Assembly (NCBI GenBank): GCA_022226955.1
Contig: CP092079.1
Span: 948,015 to 1,012,014 of the forward strand
Length of the DNA stretch: 64,000 nucleotides
Direction of reading: 5' to 3'
Source of the DNA: Nitrospira sp.
Lineage (GTDB): Bacteria; Nitrospirota; Nitrospiria; Nitrospirales; Nitrospiraceae
The position numbers were made by a program, and so were the translations under genes. Of the stretch, positions 8,137 through 16,344 are shown one piece after another; position 1 is the first letter of the stretch, and every line of letters starts with the position of its first letter. A model generated the notes under the pieces. It saw only the letters and a list, made by a program, of their open reading frames with translations, searched no databases and was not told the DNA's origin.

Positions 8137-9356
8137 GCAGACCTCTGATCGAGATAGACGGTGGGATCAATGCCGGTGCTGGCGGGATCCGTCACCGCCA
8201 CAATCGACCGCTTCGACGCCCCCTCGGTGTGAGCCAGATCGACGGTCTCCGGATTCGCCATCGTCGCATTGCCGTCGCTCTTGACCACCATGACGACGGG
8301 CTCAAGAGGGGTGGACCGATTGATTCGGCTGACGACTGCAATTTCCCCGGTATTGAGCCGGACGACGGAGCCGACCGGATAGACGCCGACAATCTGGATA
8401 AACCGCTGGACGAGCGTATGCTCGAGATGGCCTTTTTGTGAGATGAGATAGAGGAATTGAAGCGCTTCATGCGCCGGTTTGGCCTTGTGGTAGCAGCGTT
8501 CGCTCGTGATGGCATCGTAAATATCCACGACGGCCGCCATCATCCCGAACTGGCTGAGATCGCACTTCTGACGCTGATAGGGGTAGCCGGTTCCGTCCAC
8601 CCGTTCATGGTGTTCGAGAGCCGGCTTCAAATAGCAATCGGTCAACCCGGTCGTTTGCGAAAGCACTTCGGCGCCCCGCATGACGTGCTGCTTCATGATC
8701 TCGAATTCATGGGCTTCATATTTGCCCGGCTTATTCAAAATCTCCAACGGAATTTTGGTCTTCCCGATATCGTGCAGCAAGGTGCCGACACCGAGTTGAT
8801 GCAAGGAGGTGTCGTCGATGTCCAAGTTGCGCCCGAGCGACAAGGCCAGCACCGACGTGTTGACTGAATGGAAGAACGTATATTCGTCAAAATGCTTCAA
8901 CCGCGAGAGACTAGTCAGCGCGTCAGGATTCCGGATGACGCTGTCGGCCATCTCGGACACCACCTGATTGACGGCATCCATGTTGATGTCGCGCCCCATG
9001 CGCACGTCGAGCATCGCTTCTTCGATGACATTTTTCGCGGCGGTATAGACGAGCTTGGCAGCCGGCAGTTCTTCTTCGAAAGGAATAGCGTCGTTTTCCC
9101 GAGGCGTGGCGAGGATGGGCGCAGTATCGCCGGCTTCGGGCGGCTCCTGAATCGCCCCGTCCCTTGCGGGAGGATCCGGTTCAAGCTCCCCCACGATATC
9201 GAGCGTTTGGACCCCGCAGGCTTTGAGCTGCTCGATCTGCTCCATCGACGTCACTGCCATGCGGTGGCGGAAAAATGGCGTCGCAAACCAGGAGCAGTCC
9301 AGCTTCTCGATGCGCATGCCGGGGCGAAGCTGAGTAATGTGAATGCGTGTAGCCAT
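8133..9356 (-). CDS. HD-GYP c-di-GMP phosphodiesterase with DUF3391-like N-terminus
   Basis: LHDIGK, HHERVDGTGYP, VDIYDA; start moved to MATRIH at 9356 because the longer ORF-track start crosses the divergent promoter. Confidence 0.9.
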   Translation of the reverse strand: MATRIHITQLRPGMRIEKLDCSWFATPFFRHRMAVTSMEQIEQLKACGVQTLDIVGELEPDPPARDGAIQEPPEAGDTAPILATPRENDAIPFEEELPAAKLVYTAAKNVIEEAMLDVRMGRDINMDAVNQVVSEMADSVIRNPDALTSLSRLKHFDEYTFFHSVNTSVLALSLGRNLDIDDTSLHQLGVGTLLHDIGKTKIPLEILNKPGKYEAHEFEIMKQHVMRGAEVLSQTTGLTDCYLKPALEHHERVDGTGYPYQRQKCDLSQFGMMAAVVDIYDAITSERCYHKAKPAHEALQFLYLISQKGHLEHTLVQRFIQIVGVYPVGSVVRLNTGEIAVVSRINRSTPLEPVVMVVKSDGNATMANPETVDLAHTEGASKRSIVAVTDPASTGIDPTVYLDQRSA

Positions 9357-9410
9357 GAATGCGAGTTGCGGGTATCCAGTCGAGTGGCACACCGGTCGAC
9401 GCTGGCTTCT

Positions 9411-9437
9411 GTATCGGAAAGAGCACGGAAATTCTTG
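9411..9437 (-). promoter_or_regulatory. sigma28 (FliA)-type promoter for the HD-GYP/PilZ operon
   Basis: CAAG-N15-TCCGATAC vs consensus TAAA-N15-GCCGATAA. Confidence 0.6.
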
Positions 9438-9506
9438 AGGATACGTCCTCGAAACGGCAACGAGGGCATAAACCGCTTCCAGCCGAAATGCGCATCGCCC
9501 AGTCGT

Positions 9507-9533
9507 TAAGATCGTTCCCCTAGAAACCGATAT
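9507..9533 (+). promoter_or_regulatory. sigma28 (FliA)-type promoter for the HD-GYP/hybrid kinase operon
   Basis: TAAG-N15-ACCGATAT. Confidence 0.7.
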
Positions 9534-9599
9534 AACCTGCGGGATCCTCTCGACATAGGCATGCCTATGCGGATCTGGCAACCGAGGAGATGCGAATTC

Positions 9600-10862
9600 A
9601 TGAGCGGAACGAAGCAGATTTCTGTTGAGCAGTTGATACCGGGCATGTTCATCGTAGAGATGGATCTTCCCTGGTATCGCACACCCTTTCTCTTCCATAA
9701 ACGCCTGATTCGCGATGTCGAAACGATTACGGTGATGAAGCAGCATGGCGTCCGGCACGTCACCATCGATACAACGAAAGGGTTGGACCTACAGATACTG
9801 ACATCCACACCATCCGCCAAACCTGAACTTCCGGCGGCTGTGCCGAATAGTGAAGCCCCCGACTGTGAAACGGTGGAGGAATCCGGCTCCATCCCCATCT
9901 TCATAAGCCGCAGCGTGTCCGCGGTGTATGGGGAAGCGCGCGAGGCGGTGGAGCGTATCTTTACCGACTTGGAACGCGGAGTCCCCCCGGCTCCGGCCGC
10001 CACCAAGGCGATTGTAGGTGGCGTCATCACGCAAGTATTGCAGGACCGCAGCGCACTTCTGTTGCACAGCACCTTCCACAAGGTCAAACAGTTCGACCGG
10101 TCGCTGGGCGCCCATGCCTTGGACACGGCCATCTTGTCGCTGGTCGTTGCCGTTGAAAGCGGCATCGATTCGTCTCTCTACGAACATCTGGGGATCGGTG
10201 CGCTTTTGCACGATGTCGGTTACGTCAGACTTCCTCGCAACCTAGTCCGCAAACGGGACGACTGCACGGAGTCGGAGCAGCGCCTGTTAGAACAACATAC
10301 CCAATTGGGCGTGACGGTGCTTGACGAGCAAGCTGGGTTTCATCCAGAAGTGTGCCGAGTGGTCATGGAGCATCATGAGCGTTGCGATGGAAGCGGATAT
10401 CCGCGAAAGATAGCGGGCGATGCTATTTCGCCACTGGCTCAAATTGTTGGAATCGTAGACTTCTACGACAAGATGATCAGCCGCCGTGGTGGCCGGCCGG
10501 CGATGATTCCTCACGACGCGGTCCGTCAATTATTTCTGGTTGGAGAGCGCGGACAATACCCCAAGCTGTTAGTTGAAGCAGTTATCCGAAGTATCGGCGT
10601 ATACCCCGTGGGAAGCCTCGTTCGTTTGAATACCGGAGAGCAAGCGGTGGTGGTCGGAGTCAACCCGGAACAGCGCTTGAAGCCGCAAGTGAAGATTACC
10701 GGAGGGCCGCATGGAGAATCCTATGCCAATCCTGAACAGGTGGATCTCTCCCTCCCTTCGCAAGATAAGGTATCGCGCACCGTCTTACGCGTACTGGACC
10801 CTATTCAAGAGCGTGTCAATATTGCCATGTACATGGGCGATGCCCCGGATCAGGCAGCCTAA
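9600..10862 (+). CDS. HD-GYP domain protein with DUF3391-like N-terminus
   Basis: LHDVGY, HHERCDGSGYP, VDFYD, GVYPVGSLVRLNTGE; start MSGTKQ (RBS GAGGAG). Confidence 0.9.
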   Translation: MSGTKQISVEQLIPGMFIVEMDLPWYRTPFLFHKRLIRDVETITVMKQHGVRHVTIDTTKGLDLQILTSTPSAKPELPAAVPNSEAPDCETVEESGSIPIFISRSVSAVYGEAREAVERIFTDLERGVPPAPAATKAIVGGVITQVLQDRSALLLHSTFHKVKQFDRSLGAHALDTAILSLVVAVESGIDSSLYEHLGIGALLHDVGYVRLPRNLVRKRDDCTESEQRLLEQHTQLGVTVLDEQAGFHPEVCRVVMEHHERCDGSGYPRKIAGDAISPLAQIVGIVDFYDKMISRRGGRPAMIPHDAVRQLFLVGERGQYPKLLVEAVIRSIGVYPVGSLVRLNTGEQAVVVGVNPEQRLKPQVKITGGPHGESYANPEQVDLSLPSQDKVSRTVLRVLDPIQERVNIAMYMGDAPDQAA

Positions 10863-13702
10863 TGAAGCAGCTTCCACAAGGACGGCGTCCCGCCTCGATT
10901 CGACCGGTGAAGAAACGGCCGGCGCAGGAGCATCAAGGACTTCTGGACGGGCTGCCGATCGGCGTCATCCTGCTGAGCCAGGATGGAGTCATCGCGGCGA
11001 TGAATGCAGAAAGCGCCCGTTTGTGCGGAGCAGGCGTAACAAGCGCTATTGGCGCATCGTTTCCGGAACTGTGGGAGCGGTTGACCGAGCAGACGGCGGC
11101 CGTCACCAAACAGATCATTCAGCAAGTCTTTCGCACGAAGCAGCCCAAGCAACCCGCTCAAGTCTGTCTACAGTGCGACTCCAACCGCTCCATTCCGGTT
11201 GAGTGGACCTGTATGCCGGCCAGCTTCGGCCGGCAAGTCGGCGTCTCGATCAGTCTTCAGGACAAGTCTCGGGAACAGGAGCTGACGTACGATCGCAACC
11301 GGCTCGCATCGATTGCCGATGAAAGCCCCTACCCAATTCTTGAGCTCGACGATCAGGCCAGTCTGCTCTATGCCAATCCCATGATGAGCGAGCTGTTGAC
11401 TCAATTCGGCTACGGAACCGACGGCTTTCCTCAAGTGGCTCCGCAGGGATTGCTCGATCTTGTCCAGCGCTGTCTGGACTCAAATAGGCCTATCCAGGAA
11501 ATTGCCTCCCGCCTCCCCGACGCGCGGTATGCCTGGGTCTTCTGCCCGGTGCAGGCAGACCGCCATGTTCGTGGATATGCCGTAGACCTGACCGAAATGC
11601 AGCGGACGAAAGAAGCCCTCCATGCCTCGGCTGAGGAACTGACTGCGAAAAATCTGCGACTGGATCGGGCGCTTCAGGAAGCGCAAGCCGCCACGCATAC
11701 CAAAGCGGCATTTCTTGCGACCGTCAGTCATGAACTGCGCACTCCCATGAATGGAGTGATTGGCATGACCAGCTTGTTGATGGATACCGGACTGGCGCCA
11801 GAACAGCGCTCGTACGCCGAGACCATTCGCCAATGCGGGGAAGCGCTCCTGCACTTGATTAACGATGTGCTGGAGTGCAGTAAAATCGAAGCGGGAAAAC
11901 TCGAGTTGGAATCGATCGAGTTTAATCTGCGCACGACCGTGGACGATGTGCTAAAGCAGTTTGCCGAACGAGCCGAATCCAAGGGATTGGAATTGACCGG
12001 TCTCATTCATGCCACCGTGCCCACCGGGCTGCGAGGCGACCCGGGCCGGCTCCGCCAGGTCCTGACAAATCTCGTCGGGAACGCAATTAAGTTTACCGAG
12101 CGTGGAGATGTCGCTCTGCAGGTGTATCTCGAAGAGGAAACCACCGGCGACGCGCGGCTCCGATTCGATGTGACCGACAGCGGCATCGGCATCAGCCAGG
12201 AAATCCAGGACAAGCTCTTTCAGCCGTTCGTCCAAGCGGATTCGACCATGACCCGGCAGTATGGAGGAACGGGGCTCGGCTTATCGATTTCCAAACAGTT
12301 GATTGAATTGATGGGTGGACGGATCGGCGTCATGAGCGCGCCGGGGCGCGGCAGCACCTTCTGGTGTACGGTCCGCTTTCCGAAGCAGCCCTCATCGGTG
12401 TCGGCGATTCTTCCCACGGCGGATCTTCAAGGCCGCCGTGTGCTCATCGTGGATGACAATGAGTCCAATCGGCTCATCCTGCATCATCTGGTCACCGGCT
12501 GGGGCATGCGGGATGTCCTTGCGGAGAATGCGGCCACCGCCGTGGCGCACATTGAGGACGCTTCGTGGCGTGGAGCTCCATTCGATTGTGCGATTGTCGA
12601 TGTCGTGATGCCTGGCAAAGACGGCTTGCAATTAGCAGCTGAGCTGCAAAGCCTCCCCTGTGCCGCGCCGACGCGGATCATTGTCATGACTTCTTTATTG
12701 CAGCGAGGACATGCCGAGCGAGCGCGCAAGGTGGGGGCCAAAGGCTATCTTACCAAGCCAGTTCGGCATGATGAATTGCGCGATTGTCTGCGCACAGTGC
12801 TGGGAATGTCTGCGGTTTCAGTCAATGTACCGCAGGCAGACGATACCGCCACACCGCGCTTGGTCACACGGCATACCTTGGCAGAGCCTTCTACACGTCG
12901 AAGGGTGCTCGTTGTCGAAGACAACAGCGTCAATCAGAAGCTCGCCGTGCGGATGCTGGAGAAGCTGGGGTATCGGCCCGATTTAGTCGAGAATGGGCAA
13001 GAGGCCTTGGCCGCACTCGACGCAGGTGCCTATGACGCGGTTCTCATGGATTGCCAGATGCCGGTCATGGACGGGTTCGAGGCCACGGCGACGATTCGGC
13101 GCCAAGAAGCAGCCGGAAAGCGCTATGTCGGCGCCGGCCATTTGCCGATCATTGCGGTGACGGCCAATGCGATGCAAGGCGATCGTGAACGCTGTCTTGC
13201 CGCCGGCATGGATGCGTACCTTTCCAAGCCTATCAAGCTGGAGGATGTGAAAACCACACTGGCGCGATGGATCGCGGCTCCGGCATCGGAAGAAGCACAG
13301 ACGGGCGCAGGGAACCACGCGAATGCCGCGCCCGATGGCCAGAGGGTTTTCAACCCATCGCAAATGCTCCAGAATATTGGAGACGATCACGATCTTCTGA
13401 TTCAATTGATCGACCTGTTTCTCGAACGCCAGACTGACATGATGCGTCAGATCCGGCAGGCCGTCTCTCTTCGCGACGCGGCGACGGTGGAGCGGGCGGC
13501 GCACACGCTCAAAGGCACCGCCGGAAACCTCTGTGCTCAGGAAGTGGCACTGGCCGCAGGGCGGCTCGAAACCATTGGCCGGCAGGGAACGCTTCACGAC
13601 GCTCCGGCCATCTATGCACAGCTCGAAATGGAAATTCTTCGCCTATGCCGCGCCCTCGAACAGTATCGCGGGGCGAACGGTGCCGCGGCTCAAGCCGCAT
13701 AA
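10862..13702 (+). CDS. Cytoplasmic hybrid histidine kinase (PAS-PAS-HisKA-HATPase-REC-REC-HPt)
   Basis: SHELRTPMNG H-box, NLVGNAIKFT, DSGIG, GGTGLGL, two REC domains (IVDVVMP, LMDCQMP), AHTLKG HPt; TAATG overlap with the upstream gene. Confidence 0.93.
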   Translation: MKQLPQGRRPASIRPVKKRPAQEHQGLLDGLPIGVILLSQDGVIAAMNAESARLCGAGVTSAIGASFPELWERLTEQTAAVTKQIIQQVFRTKQPKQPAQVCLQCDSNRSIPVEWTCMPASFGRQVGVSISLQDKSREQELTYDRNRLASIADESPYPILELDDQASLLYANPMMSELLTQFGYGTDGFPQVAPQGLLDLVQRCLDSNRPIQEIASRLPDARYAWVFCPVQADRHVRGYAVDLTEMQRTKEALHASAEELTAKNLRLDRALQEAQAATHTKAAFLATVSHELRTPMNGVIGMTSLLMDTGLAPEQRSYAETIRQCGEALLHLINDVLECSKIEAGKLELESIEFNLRTTVDDVLKQFAERAESKGLELTGLIHATVPTGLRGDPGRLRQVLTNLVGNAIKFTERGDVALQVYLEEETTGDARLRFDVTDSGIGISQEIQDKLFQPFVQADSTMTRQYGGTGLGLSISKQLIELMGGRIGVMSAPGRGSTFWCTVRFPKQPSSVSAILPTADLQGRRVLIVDDNESNRLILHHLVTGWGMRDVLAENAATAVAHIEDASWRGAPFDCAIVDVVMPGKDGLQLAAELQSLPCAAPTRIIVMTSLLQRGHAERARKVGAKGYLTKPVRHDELRDCLRTVLGMSAVSVNVPQADDTATPRLVTRHTLAEPSTRRRVLVVEDNSVNQKLAVRMLEKLGYRPDLVENGQEALAALDAGAYDAVLMDCQMPVMDGFEATATIRRQEAAGKRYVGAGHLPIIAVTANAMQGDRERCLAAGMDAYLSKPIKLEDVKTTLARWIAAPASEEAQTGAGNHANAAPDGQRVFNPSQMLQNIGDDHDLLIQLIDLFLERQTDMMRQIRQAVSLRDAATVERAAHTLKGTAGNLCAQEVALAAGRLETIGRQGTLHDAPAIYAQLEMEILRLCRALEQYRGANGAAAQAA

Positions 13703-13741
13703 GGCCGCTCTCATTCCTACTAGGCGCGGACCAACAGACGA

Positions 13742-14227
13742 TTAGCTGGAACAGGCAGCCGAGGCGGCAGGCTTGGCAGTCAGCGGTTCTACGGAAGGCT
13801 TGTGTGAGAACAACGGGAAGCGAGTGGGATAGCTGTCGGAGAGGATCAGTTGCTTGCAGAGTTTTGTCCGAGGGTTCATCAGAAGGGGCCCCCGCAGATT
13901 AGCCGTAATGCCGGTTGGGTCGTTGGAAGGAATCGTGAGCAGCACAGACAGGATCAACTCGTCGTCATCTTTGCCATTCACCTCCAGCAGCGCTTCAGAG
14001 GAAACCTGGACGTCGTATTTCGGATGGAATGTAGCCGGATCGAGAATCACAAAGGCCAATCCCGGTTCGTCGAGCGACTGCAACCATTTGAACGGCGCGT
14101 CTGTGTCGTGGTCGAGAATGACGTAGCGGCGGCAGTCTGGAAATCCAAGGATGCCGCTTGGAAACGTCAGCACGGCATCGGGACGCACATCGCAGGTACC
14201 GAAACGAGTCGAACGACACTGCATCAT
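13742..14227 (-). CDS. fliW: Flagellar assembly factor FliW (CsrA antagonist)
   Basis: FPSGILGF, FKWLQS, TANLRGPLLMN; adjacent to csrA. Confidence 0.93.
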   Translation of the reverse strand: MMQCRSTRFGTCDVRPDAVLTFPSGILGFPDCRRYVILDHDTDAPFKWLQSLDEPGLAFVILDPATFHPKYDVQVSSEALLEVNGKDDDELILSVLLTIPSNDPTGITANLRGPLLMNPRTKLCKQLILSDSYPTRFPLFSHKPSVEPLTAKPAASAACSS

Positions 14228-14233
14228 GCACCC

Positions 14234-14479
14234 TTATAACGCGCTTCGCCGTTTCGGCGGGAGCAGCTGCCGAAATGCGTCGAGCGGAATAACGTGCGTT
14301 TTCGAGGCCAGATGATTCTCGTCTTGAATCCGCGCATAGACTTCATCGCGATGCACCTCAACGCTGTGCGGCGCCTCGATTCCCAGGCGAACCTGTCCAC
14401 CCTTCATGCCAAGCACGATGACCCGGATATCCGGACCGATGGTCACACCTTCGCCGCGTCGTCGTGTCAGGACCAGCAT
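14234..14479 (-). CDS. csrA: Carbon storage regulator CsrA
   Basis: [15 protein letters not shown]...VRLGIEAP...VHRDEVY. Confidence 0.96.
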   Translation of the reverse strand: MLVLTRRRGEGVTIGPDIRVIVLGMKGGQVRLGIEAPHSVEVHRDEVYARIQDENHLASKTHVIPLDAFRQLLPPKRRSAL

Positions 14480-14520
14480 GAACGCCTTCCATGGCTGTTG
14501 AACCGATACACCCTACGAGT

Positions 14521-14547
14521 ATATCGGTCCTTCTGCTGAAACCTTAA
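14521..14547 (-). promoter_or_regulatory. sigma28-type promoter of csrA-fliW
   Basis: TTAAG-N14-ACCGATAT (spacer one base shorter than at the other sites). Confidence 0.55.
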
Positions 14548-14562
14548 GTCCCCTGCCCGCGC

Positions 14563-16329
14563 TTATTGCAGATATTTCAGGAGAGAGTTTCCAAACAGTT
14601 GGTTCAGCGTCCGGCTGGCGGCTTCAATCGCATATTGCTGCAAGGTGAGGTCGGAAATCGCTTTCGCCAAATCGACGTCCTCCGTTTCCGAAAGTGTTTG
14701 AGTAAAAAAGCTCTTGAATTCATCCAGCCGTCCAGCGCTGCCCGTCAATCGATTCGACAACGCTCCGACTTCCCCCAAGACGGCGCCGACCTGGCTAAGC
14801 CCCGTGCCGACCGCGCCGATCGTATCGCGAATGCCGCCGCGATAATTCGATCGAAGCGAGGTTACCAGGGTCTTGATCGAGGCAAACAAGTCGATATTGG
14901 GACCGCTGAACGCTCGATCCCCGGACACGTTGGTAGGCACGGTTTGATTGTTGCCGACCTCTACCTGATGGACGCCGGCATCGCCTTGATATTGCAATCC
15001 TGTCACCACCGCAAATCGATCGCCTGCCGCTGGCGCGCCGCTGCCGGTGGACAGTTGCACCCGTATGCCGTCGAAGCTGATATCGCTTCCCGTGCTGTAC
15101 GTTTGATTGGCCAATACGGTTCGCGGGGCAAGGCTCACCGCATAGGCATCGCCGCTTTGCGGTCCGCCGCGATCGCTATTGGTCAGCACGATCCGGAGGC
15201 CGTCGAACTCAATGGCGTTGCCCGACACATACGTGTTTCCGGACGATACCGTCGTACTCGTCGTCGTGTTAACGATGTTGTATTGCGTGCTGGAGGTGAA
15301 TTGGATCGTATACGAGTTGAGAGTCAAATTGGCCGGTCCGATAATCCCGGCATCGGAGGCAAACGCGCCTCCGGTATTGGCGCTGTTCTTGGCCACATTG
15401 ACGGGCACCGTCACGTCCAAAACGTCGTACTGCGTCGCCGATGAAAACCGAATGACATAATCGTCGAGAGTTGCCAGGTTATCGTCTACGATCGTCCCTT
15501 GATTGATTACCGCGCCACCCGTATTGGTCGATCCCGGACTGGTCGTGGCCGTAAGCGCAAACGGTTTATCTCCGGTTGTCCGGCTTCCTCCCACCAGCCC
15601 TAATGCGGCGCGCGCGGTGCCTCCGGTAATCGTCACCGTCGAGCCAGCCCCATGAGCATCGGACGCAATGACGAGATGATCCGTTTCAAACGTGACGGTG
15701 ACATGCTTGCCAGATGCGGTTAGTGCGGCATCGGCGTTGATCTGAGTTTGGACACGAGCCGCGAGGGCGGTCTCGGTCAAGCTTCCGGTCGCCGAGGTCA
15801 AATCGATTGTGCCGGACGTCACGCCGTCGACCGAGATCACGAGACTATCATTGACACCGTCGGTCAGCGTGACGGGCGTGGTTATCGCGAGTCCCGTCGT
15901 CCGTCCATGGGTGCTGGTGCCGGTAAAGACCGCCTGCCCGTTCAGCTCGGCATTGGCATATTGCTGAACCAGTGAATAGAGCTGGCGGACTTCGCGGGAT
16001 CCGATCACGCGTTCCGCCGGGCCGTTCGTATCGCTGCCGAACTGGACGGCGAGTTCTTGAATCCGGCTGAGGGTATCCGTCGTGCTGTTCAGCAGTTTGT
16101 CGCTTAAATCGAGTCGCGTCCGGCCAAAGGAAATGTTGCGCAATCGTTGTTCGATTGAGGCGACCGACGCTTTATCGAGACTGATATGGTTGAAGGCGCT
16201 TGGATCGTCGGAAGGTTTGCGCACTTTCTTTCCCGTCGAAACCTGCTGTTGCAGCTCTAACGACCGCGCGCGGGACCGCTCCAGATTATTGACCAAGACG
16301 CCGAATGTTTGTTGCTCAGTTACACGCAT
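14563..16329 (-). CDS. flgL: Hook-filament junction protein FlgL (HAP3), with large insertion domains
   Basis: MRVT..., VSTGKKVRKPSDDP N-terminus; EDVDLAKAISDL C-terminus; follows flgK. Confidence 0.93.
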   Translation of the reverse strand: MRVTEQQTFGVLVNNLERSRARSLELQQQVSTGKKVRKPSDDPSAFNHISLDKASVASIEQRLRNISFGRTRLDLSDKLLNSTTDTLSRIQELAVQFGSDTNGPAERVIGSREVRQLYSLVQQYANAELNGQAVFTGTSTHGRTTGLAITTPVTLTDGVNDSLVISVDGVTSGTIDLTSATGSLTETALAARVQTQINADAALTASGKHVTVTFETDHLVIASDAHGAGSTVTITGGTARAALGLVGGSRTTGDKPFALTATTSPGSTNTGGAVINQGTIVDDNLATLDDYVIRFSSATQYDVLDVTVPVNVAKNSANTGGAFASDAGIIGPANLTLNSYTIQFTSSTQYNIVNTTTSTTVSSGNTYVSGNAIEFDGLRIVLTNSDRGGPQSGDAYAVSLAPRTVLANQTYSTGSDISFDGIRVQLSTGSGAPAAGDRFAVVTGLQYQGDAGVHQVEVGNNQTVPTNVSGDRAFSGPNIDLFASIKTLVTSLRSNYRGGIRDTIGAVGTGLSQVGAVLGEVGALSNRLTGSAGRLDEFKSFFTQTLSETEDVDLAKAISDLTLQQYAIEAASRTLNQLFGNSLLKYLQ

Positions 16330-16344
16330 AACGGCGCATCCCTT

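Noticed and set aside
9357-9758. 134-aa N-terminal extension of the left HD-GYP given by the ORF track
   Set aside because: It overlaps the divergent gene and both sigma28-like promoters; homology starts at MATRIH
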